Assembly (NCBI RefSeq): GCF_020745735.1 | Contig: NC_083447.1 | Span: forward strand, 21,656,755 to 21,720,754 | DNA: 64,000 nt | Direction of reading: 5' to 3' | DNA from: Hemiscyllium ocellatum | Lineage: Eukaryota | Shown: one piece after another, positions 13,155 through 25,834 of the stretch | Position numbering within the stretch: the first letter of the stretch is position 1 | How the letters are laid out: every line of letters begins with the position of its first letter | Translations under genes and position numbers: made by a program | Notes under the pieces: model-generated | The model's input: the letters and a program-made list of their open reading frames with translations, nothing else | The model's database searches: none | Told to the model about the DNA's origin: nothing

Positions 13155-13381
13155 TCTTCTGCGGAATGGCACGTTGTCGCCGGAAAATATTCTAAACATG
13201 TTTATGGGAACCAAAACTCTCAAATTCAGCCGAATCCTTACTAATCATCTCTATTGTTATTCGCTCGCGATTTATTGTCATCGCGTTTTCTATTTTGTCA
13301 AAATGTATTCTAATGCGCGGAAGAGAAACCGGACGCAACACTGTCCATTTTAGCGTTCACGGTTTTTCGTGCAACCTTTGG

Positions 13382-13420
13382 GGTTTTTGTTGAGCTGCTC
13401 CCTCTCTCTGAGTCGCTGTG
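13382..13420 (-). other. 23-RSS of V3
   Basis: CACAGCG + ACTCAGAGAGAGGGAGCAGCTCA + ACAAAAACC. Confidence 0.92.
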
Positions 13421-13951
13421 AATACTCCAGGCGCAGTAATACACGGCCGACTGATTCGCCCATAAGTTAGTGGTCTCCAGAATGAACTCAAGATCACTCG
13501 GCCGCCTGGCGGTGAACCCGTCCACCGACCCCTCTGGATCTACCATGCTGGTAGCAATAGAGTAAAATATCAGCTGCAGCCCCTTTCCAGGAGTCTGTCT
13601 GTACCAGAACATTCTGGGAGTACTTGCTCCTTCCACATGACACTGCAGTTTCACTCCCTGCTCCGCAAACAGGGAGGCGGCAGCAGGAGTCTGTCGGATA
13701 GTCTGCGACTTCACACCTGAGGAAAAGGCAGGGAAAGGCAAAGATCAGAAAACGGGACGCAATGAGATCGAGAGAAGGAAGGAAGAAAGGCTATAAAGAG
13801 AAATAAATCGATACTTAAAGAAATACAAAACCAAAGTGCAGAAAGAAGGAAAGATTGCAAATAGCAAGGAGAATTCACTGTTCAATTAGAATAGTTATGT
13901 GGAAAGTCCTTTACGGTGCAACATGATGAATAGAGCCAGCAACAGACGCAT
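13421..13951 (-). CDS. TRBV: V3: functional TCR beta-like V segment (TRBV30 clade); leader exon 13915-13951, V exon 13421-13716
   Basis: MRLLLALFIMLHR/VKSQTIRQTPAAASLFAEQGVKLQCHVEGASTPRMFWYRQTPGKGLQLIFYSIATSMVDPEGSVDGFTARRPSDLEFILETTNLWANQSAVYYCAWSI. GT-AG phase-1 intron of 198 nt; Cys23, Trp41 and Cys104 intact. Confidence 0.93.
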
Positions 13952-14075
13952 CTTCCACGACAAGGTTCCTGTATAAACAAACCTATTGGTGAGACAGCAT
14001 TGAAATACAGTGCTCCTCCTCTCACTCTGTGATTGACAGTCCAGCTACTCCCAATTATCTTTCCCATTATCAGCT

Positions 14076-14097
14076 CCGCCCCTTAATCTCCGATTGG
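14076..14097 (-). promoter_or_regulatory. V3 putative promoter: CCAAT box + GC box
   Basis: Sense strand CCAATC (14092-14097) then GGGCGG (14076-14081), 125-145 bp upstream of the ATG. The same pair occurs upstream of V8 (45616-45637), V7 (27158-27201) and V11 (60121-60164). Confidence 0.55.
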
Positions 14098-14433
14098 ATT
14101 ATTGGGGGAAACACGGCTTTTTAAAAATTCGTGTTTGGAACGTGGGTGGCGTTGGCGACGGCAGCATTCATTGGCCATCCTTAATTACAGAGAGGACAGT
14201 TACGTTTTAGTCAAATTGTCTGATGCAGCGTTATCTCGAGTCGAGACATTAGCTTGCTCTCTCTTCATAGATGCTGCCTGACCCGCTGTGATCTCCATCA
14301 TTTTTTGTTTTTGGAGTCACATCTAGGCCAGACCAGCTGATTTTCTTTCTGCCCGAAGGGACTTCCTTAGAGTGGAATTTATTTTGAGACAATCGACACT
14401 GGTGCCGCGAGACTTGCTTTTTATTCCAACTTT

Positions 14434-14712
14434 GGGGTGGGGCGGCACGGTTGCTCAGTGGTTAGCACTGTTGTCTCACAGCGCTAGCGATCCGGGTTCA
14501 ATTCCCGCTTCGGGCAACTGTCTGCGTGGAGTTTGCATGTTCGCCCCGTGGTCTGCCTGGGTTACCTCCGGGTGCTCCGGTTTCCTCCCACAATCCGAAA
14601 TGCTAAATTGCCCGGTGCGTTAGTCAGGGGTGAATGTAGCAGAATAGGTCTGGGTGAGTTGCTCTTCGGAGGGTCGGTATGGACTGTTTCCACTCTGTAG
14701 GGAATCTATCTA
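14434..14712 (+). mobile_element. tRNA-derived SINE
   Basis: Same family as 42729; absent in copy B (~46000). Confidence 0.85.
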
Positions 14713-15779
14713 TTTTCATTAATTTAAAATTTCCCCATCGAAACGGTATCCCGAGCATATTAACTTGGGTTGTGGACTACTTGCGACATTCCCGCCTCCA
14801 GCAAACATCGAAGGCAGATGATAAATCAGCTGAGGGGGCAAAGCGTTAGTTCATTGCAAAATCCTCGATGATGGTCTAATTGTACCCTTTGGGATGCGGT
14901 GTGCATGTCTCCACGATCCTCACTCAACTCCCGGGCTGGGAGCGAGTCCTTCATACCGACCTCAGCTGATCCCCAAAACGAACTTGCAAATATGGGTCGC
15001 AAATGCGCCGTTCAGCCAATGGTGCTAATGTATTCAATTGTATTTCATGGATATGGGAGAAGTCATAGAGAGGACTATACCCTTCACATTGGAGCTTCCA
15101 AAGAACAGTATTTTCTGATGCGATCCAGTGTTCGATTTTGCGAACTCATTACCACAATTACCGAGAACTATGAAGATGGTTATTTGTAAAGAGCTGCATG
15201 TGGGTGTGCCAATTTAGCTAATATAAACTAGGTAATATATTTCAAGATAAGTTTAATACATTTAGATGGGAATAAGGATGTTGTGAAAGTTTAAAGGGTT
15301 CAGAAAAGACTTACAAAGATTTTGCCAGTCGAGACAACACCTCTTTACATTTGAGTTTTTGGGACATAGGGAGAGGTTGAATAGGCTGGGGCTATTTTCC
15401 CTGGAGCTGAGGGCTGACCTTCCAGAGATTCATAGAATCATGAGGGACATGAATAGGGTAAATAGACAAGGACTCCTAACTGCAGAATTTGAGGGCATAG
15501 ATTTAGAGTGACAGGAGAAAAATTTTGAAGAGACCAAAGGGGCAACTTTTTTCAGCAGAGGGTGGTGCATGTATGGAATGAGCTGCCAGAGGAAGTGATA
15601 GAGGCTGATGCAATTGCTACATTTAAAAAGAATCTGAATGGTAATCTGAATCTAAAGCAAATCTGACAGTCCACTGCTTTATTTATTTGGTTAAACATAT
15701 ATTTTAAATTTTCAGAATGGCCTTCAACAGGTGAAAGTCCAGCAAGAGAGTGCTCTTCACCAAAAGAGCTGTTTTCAGC

Positions 15780-16640
15780 AAAACGACCACTCATTGACAC
15801 GGACCAGCAATATGCAAAGATTGAAGTGGAAATGTTAGCGTGGGCATGCAATAACAAGTCTGATTATGTAATAAGACTATAGTTTTCAATTAAACCGTTT
15901 ATAAAACAATGGTCACTCTGCTGAGTACAAAATAGAGACAGTTGAGACGCCACCACAGAATTCAAGAGCTCAGATTGAGGCTGATGACGTGTGGCTCAGT
16001 CGCTGAGTCTGTGCTGGTGACGTGCAAGATACCAGTCAAGATAACACGAATTACGGAATGAAAGCAGCATTCAACATCATTTAGGAGGTTGAAGTCTAAA
16101 TTCAGAAGACTCAAAAGATTTATCACGCGTCGAAAGAAAGCTAGAAATTCTAAGAAGCTCAATAATGATGTAGAAGTAGAATGTACCCTAAGTACTCGAT
16201 GGAACTGCCCAGATAATATAATCAATATTTCCAACGTCTTCCAGTATTTGGAGCGGTGTAGACACCTTACTATCATCAAATACATTCCAATCTTTAAAGG
16301 ATAATTGACGATAGCAGGCGCAATAATACGTGAAATTCTTCAGAGAATTCATGCACATCATTTAGTCATTACAAAGTGTCATTCAAGCTTGCAACTGTCA
16401 GCGTGGTGGCCAGAGATTTCTTAAGATGTAAATAAAGAATTTATTTTTCAGAATGGAAACAGCTAGGAGTCAAACAGCAGCATTTTGTAGACTAATTGCA
16501 GTTCGATACCAGGCAGACTACTAATAGTAAAGGTCATATAGAGTGGAAGTCTATACACTACCCAACGTTTTGGATTCAACTGAACGTTTCAAACTTCATG
16601 CTGTTGACTTGTACTTGTAACTTTGCGAAATATTAAATAT
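15780..16640 (+). mobile_element. Ty3/Gypsy pol remnant (RNase H-integrase); paralog ~48740-49600
   Basis: DQQYAKIEVEMLAWAC; HRIQELRLRLM; ILQRIHAHHLVITKCHSSLQLSAWWPEIS, with stops and frameshifts. Confidence 0.75.
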
Positions 16641-17036
16641 AAAGGACATAGAGTTGAAATATATATCTGCCATTTTTCCATAACAGTTTGAAGATGTTGA
16701 ATCCCTCCCTTCATAGGTGCAAATAGTTAAATTACTGTCTAATATCCCTAAGTAATAACTTCAAGAACAACTGAGTAGTTCCCACTTTTCCAGAATAAAC
16801 CAGGGCTCCTGATGTAAGGCTTATGCACTAAAAGTGAATTCTCCTGCCCCTCGGATGCTGCCTGACCTGCTGTGCTTTTCCAGCACGACACTCTCAACTC
16901 TGATCTCCAGCATCTGCAGTCTTCACTTTTTCCGAGGTCTTTTTTTCTGCCAAATTCACAAGGTCTGAATAGCCTCGTCCAATATCTATGTTCTTGTGGA
17001 ACCACGGACGAGACACACGTGTAATTCATTGACTAA

Positions 17037-17052
17037 GACCGCCATCTGCTGA
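17037..17052 (-). promoter_or_regulatory. CTCF-like motif downstream of V4 RSS
   Basis: Minus strand TCAGCAGATGGCGGTC; 215 bp past the nonamer. Confidence 0.6.
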
Positions 17053-17266
17053 TCCTGGGAGAAGAAACATTTTTACAGTTCTACTGGACAACAGTCATTG
17101 ACATCAGTGCGGGCTCATCTTCATTAATCCACTTCTAGTGTCTTCATGTTCATTTTTTTTTATTCGAGCAGTCTATCCTCATTGTAATCGCCACGGTGAC
17201 TCTGCAAAAGGTAAGCAAAGCTGTGTCTGCTTTTCTTCCATACAGCTGTTTCCTATTGTCTTTGGA

Positions 17267-17305
17267 CGTTTTTGTTGAGATGCACCTTCTCTCGGAGTCA
17301 CTGTG
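17267..17305 (-). other. 23-RSS of V4
   Basis: CACAGTG + ACTCCGAGAGAAGGTGCATCTCA + ACAAAAACG. Confidence 0.92.
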
Positions 17306-17742
17306 AAGACGCCAGGCGCAGTAATATACAGCCGAGTGATTCGCTCGGAGGTTGGAGGACTTCAGGTTGAACTCGGAAGCACTTGGACGCTCAGCAGCGA
17401 AATCGTCCACTGTTCCATTTGGAATCACAAACTGTGTGGTTCTCGAGTAAAACAAAAGCTTCAGTTCCTTCCCTGGGTATTGTCTGTACCAGTACATGTA
17501 CTCATTACTGGTTACCTTCACCGTGCACTTCAGTTCCACACTGTCGCTAACAACTTTGGAAACAGGAAGGGGAGTCTGGTGGACAGTCACTGGGTTCACA
17601 TCTGAGGAGGAGATGGAGAGAAGAGGAAGTCAATCAAATGTTTGGAGAACGTGAGATAAATTAAACCGATAACAATGTTAAGAAAAGAATGATAATATCA
17701 CTAACAACGAAATAAAATCATGAGGCACACAATCAGATGCAT
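17306..17742 (-). CDS. TRBV: V4: functional TCR beta-like V segment; leader exon 17706-17742, V exon 17306-17601
   Basis: MHLIVCLMILFRY/VNPVTVHQTPLPVSKVVSDSVELKCTVKVTSNEYMYWYRQYPGKELKLLFYSRTTQFVIPNGTVDDFAAERPSASEFNLKSSNLRANHSAVYYCAWRL. Donor GTTAGT; 104-nt intron. Confidence 0.92.
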
Positions 17743-18479
17743 TTTTTACTGCAAGTTTTCTCGTCGCTGAAAAGTAGTCAAATGGATGGAATCCAATCAG
17801 TAAATTACGAAAGCGTTTAAATGACTTAGAACATGTAAAGGGAACAACGAAGTGATGCAAGTTTGAATAGTATAGCCATACCCACTCTCTCTGAAAATCC
17901 CACCCCTCTCTCTCCATGATTGGCTGAAGGAAAGCAGATACGAGCAGGGGATTTCAAGGGAGACAGAGACAGTGGATGTAGATCGACAAAAAGCAGGGAC
18001 ACATAGTTTAACGTGGACATAGAGATGGAAACAGATCCTTCTTTCTAACTCGTCCCTACCGACCAGATATCCTAAATTAATCTAGTCCCATTTCCTGGCA
18101 CTTGTCCCACACCTCTCAGGTCATCCATAATCTGCCAAAGTAAGAGAAGTTAGTGTACTATGAACAGTTGAAAAGCGAGTACCTCTGGAAGTGTGAATGA
18201 ATTACATTGTCTCCCGTTCGTAATTTGGATCGAGCTACTGGATAATTTTAGAAATCTATTCAAAGACTAGCCTCTATTTCAAGAAAACAGATTTCATCAT
18301 GGAGGAGGTTATTATTGAAAACACTGAGCAGATTCCAACGAGAAAATTTCAGTTCTGGGCACGTAGCACAGGGAGGATGCATTAGGCTTAGAGGGAGTGC
18401 TTAGTGGATTTAGTGGTATGCCACAGAGCTTTAAGGATTTAATAGTAAGGACAGTTTGCAATGTCTTGCCTGTGATGAG

Positions 18480-19095
18480 TACAGAATATTGAGGGTGATC
18501 CACCATTGAAGCTTTTTTCCACTTCGGCAGAAATACACTCTCTCTCGGGCACACACGCACTCACAGGCACACACACACTCGCACACACACACAGGGACAG
18601 ACACAGACGCACATGCACACACTCTCTCACACTATATTACCCTGTACATGCATATACACTCACGCTCGGGGGTATTATTTCATTCAAGGTTGTTTTCTGT
18701 CAACAAAAGCCAACCAGACCTCAGCTTAAAGCATAGATAGATTCAAAGCAGGACCTCACACTAAAAATACATTGTCTAATCCGAGGTATCACCTATTGTA
18801 GCTTGAAACGACCTTTAATTGTCTGGGAACAAAGTCTTGAACGGAATCTGATTTTTAAAAATTTTAGTCAGCAGACTTCTCCTAACTGGTTAAAACACTC
18901 AACAAGGGCAGTAAGTTTTAATTTTGTTAACATTTTACTTATAAGTACTGTGGCTTATGCCTCCCTATCACTGCACGTGGGTGGACCTAGCAGAGCTCCG
19001 AAAGCTTGCAATTTTAAATAAACCCTTTGTACTATAACCAGGTATCATTTGAGTTTTGACCTTGTCCACCCCAGTCCAAATCTGGCATCTCTACA
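18480..19095 (+). mobile_element. PLE-derived non-autonomous element with (CA)n-rich tract
   Basis: (CA)n-like tract at 18540-18665; 3' end ...GCTCCGAAAGCTT...ACTATAACCAGGT related to the 34.9k family; only the last ~60 bp are retained in copy B (49710). Confidence 0.55.
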
Positions 19096-19479
19096 TCATG
19101 AATAATATTTAGGGTGGGAGCTGGATTAATGAATTAAGTTAATAATCAGCTGTAACTTCATTAGAGAGGTGAAAGGGACTCCAGGGGCATTATGAGGTTT
19201 ATGATTCCTGTTTCTTGCTGCCAACATGGTCCAAAGACACCCTTGGCTGTACAATTACTGAAAGACAACGTCAGCTCTTTGCTTTCCTTCTTGACATATT
19301 TCTTGTTATTACGCCTTTTTCTGTGACCCAATTCATCAACTGTTCAAAATGGACATGGTCTACTGGCTGAACGAGCTCAACCCATACACAAATCATATTG
19401 GATACTATCAATGTCTGATTGTATAAGCTCCTAGTTAAATTTTTCTGTCACCTCTTTCTGGACCCCTTGCCAACATATT

Positions 19480-20260
19480 CAATGCACCGTTCCATCTTCT
19501 CCAACTCAAATTCTAATCACAGCATCATTACAGTGTAAAAGGAAACCATTTAGCTCATCAAGTCTGCACGGCTTTCCGAGCATCCTAACTTGGTTTAAAG
19601 TCTTCTGCTGTTTCCTTGTAGGCATGCGTATTATTTTTGTTTGCACACATATCTAACTCCGTCTTGTGTACCTCAGCAAAATCTGCCTCCTCAACAGTTC
19701 CGAGTACTGCCTTCTATATTCCAATTACCCGCTGTGTTAAAATGTTTTTCCTTGGCACACATTTGTTTTTTTTTACAGACCAGCTGTAACACGTATCCTC
19801 TGGTTCTCGATCTTTTTCAAAGTAGAAACTTTTTCTCCCTATCAACCCTGTCAACATTCGTCGCCTTTCAAACCTTCTGTCAAATCCTCGTTTGCCTTCT
19901 CCTCACCAAGGAGACCAATTTCAATGTTTTCGGTCTATCCTCGGAACTGAAATGTTACATTCCTGGAACCATTCTTATAAAACTTTACTGCACTTTCCCG
20001 ATTGCATCCATTGCTTCAAGCCCAGGCCTGTTCCCAGTGCTGCAGCTGAGCTCTAACCGTTGCCTTAAATAAACCCATAAAAATCTCCTTGCTCTTGCAC
20101 TTTACCTCCCTATTTATAAAGGTGAGAATATAATATGTTTTAACAATGGCTTTCTCCATCACCTTTAATGACTTACACACATATACCCGCAGACCACTCT
20201 TCTCCTGCACGTCATGTAGAATTTTGCTTAACATTATACTCGCCATGTTTCTCCTGAATT
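19480..20260 (-). mobile_element. CR1 3' fragment (paralog ~50130-50900)
   Basis: LFKATVRAQLQHWEQ-type remnant; CR1 tail. Confidence 0.7.
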
Positions 20261-20622
20261 TCCCTTTGGGATTACTTGTGACTCATAATCATTCTGTTCT
20301 GGCCTTCCAGATCAGAAATATTTTCTAACATGAATCCTTTCATAATTATAAAGTGCTTTATTAGATACGTTCTTAATGTTCCAGTTTCAGCAGAAATGGA
20401 AGGATTACTTTGAGTCATTGAGTTGTAATTGCTCATTTCTGGGAACCTCCTTGTGTAATTGCCTCTCACGCTTCCCAGTATTCCCCAATTTAGCTCTCAC
20501 ACACTCTTTCTCGCAAATAGCAAGCAAGATCAAAGAAAAGCACAGTTTTGACGAAGGCAGCCGTTCCCTGCTACCTTTAGGTTTTTTTTTGTTGAAGTGC
20601 CCCCTCACTCTGAGACGTTGTG

Positions 20623-21046
20623 AACTCGGCGCAGTTGTACACACTTTAGTGATTCAGTCCAAACTGGAAGTCTGCAGGTAGAACTCAGAGTCACTCGGTC
20701 TGTCGGCGGTAAAATCGTCCACTGGCTGGTTTCGAATCACAGACTGTGCAGTAAGGAAGTGAAACGTCAGCTTGTTGTCTATACCAGTAAATATAAGGAT
20801 CGCCGGTGAACAGCACGGTGCACTTCAGTTCTATTCACTGCGGAGGATTGCTGGAGTCAGCTGCGGAGTCTGTCGGATAGTCTGCGAGTCGGCGCCTGGA
20901 AGAAAGAAAACCAGTAAATTGGAACATCCTGATCAACGTCCAAACATCGAAAGTGAGTTGGAAGTATGAAAGAAAGACAGCAAGCAACATAGAAAGTAAA
21001 GCTAAGCAACAGAAAACATGATCATAATGCCCAGAAACAGGTACTT
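20623..21046 (-). pseudogene. TRBV: V5: TCR V pseudogene (paralog of V9); V exon ~20623-20895
   Basis: SQTIRQT..., frameshift, TGA stop, ELKCTV...IYWYRQQ, then a deletion in FR2 and ...YNCAE. Heptamer CACAACG; the nonamer lies in an expanded A-run. Probable leader with the start codon mutated to AAG at 21044-21046 (KYLFLGIMIMFS). Confidence 0.85.
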
Positions 21047-21304
21047 TTTGTGTTTGCAATTTTCTCTTACTTAAGCGATAAGTCGAGAACAAGAGTATGG
21101 GATCTTGTAATGAGACGCCGATTTTCTGAGGAATCATCTTGACGATCAGAAAGAAGTGAAGAAAGTTTCTATACGCCATCTTCCTCGTTCTATCCAATCT
21201 GAATTAATGTTGAAAATCCTCCTCAGTCGCTGTTCATAAAAATGCAAGCAAATACGTCTGGATTCCGGATTCGACACAAGTGCATTGACAAGTAGACAAA
21301 CAAT

Positions 21305-21435
21305 GGGAGAAAGTGAGCACTGCAGATGCTGGAGATCAGAGTCGAGAGTGCAGTGTTGGAAAAGTACAGCAGGTCAGGCAGCATCCGAGGAGAAGGTGAA
21401 TCGACGTTTCGGGCATAAGCCCTTTATCAGGAATG
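21305..21435 (-). mobile_element. Short PLE-derived element shared by both duplicate copies (paralog 51995-52125)
   Basis: Minus CTGATAA AGGGCTTATGCCC GAAACGTC, core mutated; same position in copy B. Confidence 0.75.
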
Positions 21436-21659
21436 GTATGTCAGTTATGACAAGTAGGCATATCATGACTATTTCTTCTCCAGAATATCAGTCTGGACGA
21501 ACTCAAAAGGTCTCTCTATTTCCGTTTTCAAATTCCAAAAACACAATTTATTCTTCATAATATCTTTATTTCAGTCATAGTCACCAGAACAGGTCGGTTC
21601 TGTACAGTAGCATATGAAGCAAAAACAAACATTGTCTGCGCAGCATACGAACCAAAGGT

Positions 21660-22130
21660 AGAAATATCCATTGGATACTTGCCCAGAAAATTGAATAATC
21701 ATCAACAGCAATATTCTACAACTGAGGAGATTTTGAATTTCATAGAATTCCTCCAGTGTGGAAACAGTCCATTCAGTCTATCAAGCCGACATCAACCCTG
21801 CAAAGAGCTTCCAACTCGCCTACCTTTGGACTGTGGGAGGAAACTGGAGCACCCAGAGAGCACCCATGCCGATGCAAGGAGAATGGGCAAATGCCACACA
21901 GACAGACACTCATGGCTGGAATTGAGCCCATGTTCCTGCTACTCTGAAGCAGTTGTCCTAAGCAATGAGCCACTATGCCACCTCAGCTTGAGCTTGTCCG
22001 AATTCAATAATTATATTGCCAGTAATTTGTCTGAGACAACTGTACAAACTGATCACAGACTTGCAATTTTGGAAAAGATAAGGAATGAAAAAATCCAACT
22101 GTATCTAATGAAGTTTATTATTGCAACCAT
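21660..22130 (+). mobile_element. Ty3/Gypsy RNase H remnant, interrupted by a SINE
   Basis: LPRKLNNHQQQYSTTEE ... FNNYIASNLSETTVQTDHRLAIL (ORF 21679-22197 is a Gypsy/SINE chimera). Confidence 0.65.
21750..21980 (-). mobile_element. SINE inserted into a Gypsy RNase H remnant
   Basis: CTTTGGACTGTGGGAGGAAACTGGAGCACCC... body; not seen in copy B. Confidence 0.75.
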
Positions 22131-23432
22131 TCAATTTGAAACTTACACACATAGCAGGAAGATAGTACATAACTGCCAATGCATTGTCGTGACTTAGACG
22201 AAAGAAGACAGAGGCATTTGGAGGCAGGAAAAGTTGGGCTGAAATGTACTGCATTCCTGGATTTTTGAAGCATTAGAGTCAATATAATGTATTGTAGTTT
22301 ACTCATAACATAAAGCTAAGGGTGACGAAAAATAAATTCATCTTTGTATATTGTTGGTTCATTTTTAAGGGGGATCTGTAGTGATGCTATGGCTTTAACA
22401 AATGCATTTTGTCTTGGTTTTCCATGAAGAAGGTTGAGACAGAGGTAGAGACCGATCTGCTCAAAGTCAATGAAGGACTTGGACCTTTTCAATAAATTAG
22501 TGTTGGGTCAAAAGATGTAATCTAGGTGGATAGGATCAAGCTCCCATTGAGCCAGGATTTTAACATTTAACTTTTGGGATTTGCTGGGATCTTAACTGTG
22601 GAAGCTCTCATTTCTCTCTCTGCTACAGTAAAAAGCCGGGGTTCTGTTCCTGCTGCTAGAATTACATATCAGGCAATTTATTTTACTAAATTTGCCTTTG
22701 CCAAGGGTATGTAGATGGGATGTTACTACATTGGAATAGCTCATTAATAATAGTGAATATATATTGATTTGCTACGCATTTCGATGAAGTTACAGTTAAG
22801 CCAATTCTTTTCTTTATATTTCATCTGTACTTCAATTGTTACAAAATCCTGTGTTTTGCTTAAATGGAGTCGTTTGACCAATCACATTGCATCAGAAAGC
22901 AACGCCTTCTCTCTAAAAAAGGAAGGGTTATTGTCTCGACTAGCTTCTTAATATATTTTGAGGGGGTTTGATCACGTCCATAAGCAGGGACCCTCATAGG
23001 AATCTACAAAATAGCAACAGAACTTGGCATGGCTAAACGCAGGGAGTACGTTTCCGATGACCAGGAGGTCCAGAACCAGAAGTCACAGTTAACGATACAG
23101 GGTAGGCCTGTTATGACCGAGAACGAACGAAAATTTCTTCACCCAGAACATAATGAAGCAGAGAAATGTTGCGTAAAAAAAAAACTCGCATTTTTTTCAG
23201 GAAGTAGTAAGATACAGCAAAATGTTCGTTAATGTCGTTCAGTTCTTTTCGATAGTAAAAGTCCCTCTGCTCTGGTATCATTGCTGTGACGTCATTGATT
23301 TTTTAAAATCTTCGACTGTACATTTGCCTTGTCGCTCGAAATGGGGAGGGCTGAGAGATGGGGCTGAGGGCTGTCCTCATCAGGATGAAAGTATGAGCGA
23401 TGTCGTTGACAGCTGCTTCCTGCTGTCTCTGG

Positions 23433-23471
23433 GGTTTTTGCTGAGCTGCTCCATCTCTCTGAGTCACTGCG
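23433..23471 (-). other. Mutated 23-RSS of V6
   Basis: CGCAGTG + ACTCAGAGAGATGGAGCAGCTCA + GCAAAAACC; the critical CAC is lost. Confidence 0.88.
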
Positions 23472-23917
23472 AATACTCCAGGCACAGTAATAAACAGCCG
23501 AGTGATGCGCCTGCAGGTTGCGAGACTCCAGGTTAAAGTCAGAGCCACTCGGCCGTGTGGCGGTGAAACCGTCCGCCGCTACTTCTTCATTCACATTTCC
23601 TGCAGCTGCAGAATAAAACATCAGCTGCAGCTCCTTTCCCAGGTATTGTCTGTACCAGAACATGTCACCGGTACTCTCACCCTTCACCGTGCACCTCAAG
23701 TCCACTGCCTTGCCGAGGGATCTGGAGACGCTGCTGGGAGTCTAATCAACTCTCGCTGTCTTCACGTCTGAGAAAGGGATAAGGTCAGTAAACAGGGCAA
23801 TTGTTAGCGAGAAGGAGACTGAAAAAGTATAAGCGTAAAGGATAGTTGTTCTTTCAAACTATTGGTAAACAATCACTTGCATTGCAATAACGTCACAAAG
23901 CTCAGTAAGAGATACAT
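23472..23917 (-). pseudogene. TRBV: V6: TCR V pseudogene (paralog of V10); leader exon 23881-23917, V exon 23472-23767
   Basis: In-frame TAG at 23742-23744 (CAG in V10). Donor is GC instead of GT, heptamer CGCAGTG, nonamer GCAAAAACC. The rest of the domain is intact (...WYRQYLGKELQLMFYS...HHSAVYYCAWSI). Confidence 0.92.
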
Positions 23918-24649
23918 CTTTTTACTTTAAGTATTTTCTGTATGAACGCGAACAGAGTCCAATTTTGTCTGGTACTGCAATCAGCTGCTTTCAAATCAAT
24001 GAGACAAACCTGGCGGGTTCAGGAAATGACTTGAGTGTGCACATGTCCCTCCTCCTCGACTGAAAGCCCCATCTCTCTCTTTCTCTCTCTCTCTTTCTTG
24101 TTGCAAGTGGAGTGGCGGTGAACAGGAGGTTTCCAAAGGGAAGAGACAGTGAACCAAACACTGGCATATACTGCTCAAGGTGGGATTCTGTTGCTTTGTG
24201 GTATTCGTAAACACAGTTGCCTGATGTTGGCCGTCGACAGTTTTTAGCAATTACTGATATTTTGTTGCATTTGTAAATAAGGAGCAATTTCACTAGATTA
24301 AGAACGTATCCGACTTTGACAGATGAGAACACTTCACTGATCCCGAAACACTTTTGTAGAGTGGAAGAGCCTGAGCAACGGTTTTAGATCGTGCCAGAAG
24401 CTTTGGGGATAGTCTTTGCTAATACAAGAATTGTTTGACCCTCGGGCTGATGTAGGCCAACTCCTTGACTTCTCCCAACTATTAGAGGGGTCTCATTTTC
24501 CTGGAACCTTAAATTTTTTCTCAGAGATGCCTTCATTGAATTCAGTGAACTTGTGGAATTCTTCACTACGAAAGGCTGTGGAGGCCTAGTCACTGAGTAT
24601 ATTCAAGAAAGAGATAGTCTATTTTTAATTGCAAAGATGTCAGAGTTTC

Positions 24650-24670
24650 GGGGGGGGGGGGGGGGGGGGG
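24650..24670. repeat. Poly-G tract (21 G)
   Basis: Direct count; copy B has only G5 at ~58051. Confidence 0.9.
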
Positions 24671-25834
24671 AAGCAGGAATTTGGTATTGAAATAGCCGTG
24701 ATCATTTTAAATGACAGATTAGGCTCGAAGATGTGAATCACCTGTTTCCGGTGATGATCTTTGTTAACTGGTTAAAGTTGAAACAAGTTCCCTAACTCTC
24801 CCATTGTTACGGAAGTTGAGAAATTAACTGACTTGTAGAGTTTAAGGAGGATTTAATTGCCTTCCCTGAGAGTTCCTTTTTCCCTCAGTCAAGATGTCTG
24901 GCATTCACTCTCTCCCCAAAGCGCGGTCAGTGCTGCTGATCAGTTATATTTTAATCGAGTCAGTATGTACACGAATGGTTAGTGGAAGTGAATGGACTGA
25001 ATTTATGCATTTCTCCACTCTGGTCTACTTGACTGGCGGCGCAAGCTTGAAGGCAATGTGGTCTCTGTTCCAGTACCAGCCCCATGTGCATTTCATAGTG
25101 CTGAAGCGCTCTCCATTGCACTAATAAAAAATGATTTATAATCATCCTGGAGTCTTTACACTGCTCTCTTCCCATTTCCATTAGTTTCCCCATCCATTTT
25201 CTATCAATTGCTTATTTTCAATGCATTGTTCGAAATCCATTCCGTTTATCTGCGAAATGCACATTATTACACTCCCGGCAAAAAAAAAGTTTCTCCTGAC
25301 TTTCCTTTCAGATTTGCTGTTATTGAGACTGTGGTGATCTTGAGTTTAGAAATTCCGCAGAGCCTGAATTATTGAACCCACGTTTCAACAGCTTCCCGCT
25401 TTTAAACAGATGCGAACCTGTTCAAACTTTTTTGGTGGTTGAGATCATTATCTTTATTCAATTTCACATTCACCCTCAACACTATCGCACTACCAAGAAG
25501 GATGTCCAAACTTTGAGGGGTTGCAGAAAACATCTACTAGAACATTGCCGAGTTTGGAGGGCGTTATAACGTCGGAGAATGAAGGACGATCCGATAGAAG
25601 TTTACAAAATTGATCATAAATAGAATGGACAGTCGATTCTTTTTCCTCTGGGTAGAAATGTTATTTACTTGGGGCCATAAGTTTAAGGCAAAAGGAGTAA
25701 GTTTAAAGGAAATGTGAGAGGCAAGCCTTATTTTTTAAAAAAGCTCAGGATGGTAAGTGCTGGAATGCGCTATTACAGAAGGTTCTGAAGGCGGATGCAA
25801 CAGCAACTTTTAAGAGTCATCTTGACGTATACAC

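Noticed and set aside
5051-17267. PLE-derived insertions clustering just 3' of V1, V3 and V4 RSSs (75-340 bp)
   Set aside because: About a dozen such elements occur in 64 kb and none are seen next to the other RSSs, so chance is sufficient.
21679-22197. 172-aa ORF as a novel gene
   Set aside because: Chimera of a Gypsy RNase H remnant and an antisense SINE.
24650-24670. Poly-G tract as a functional G-quadruplex
   Set aside because: It sits in a CR1 tail, is not conserved in copy B, and homopolymer length may be a sequencing artefact.
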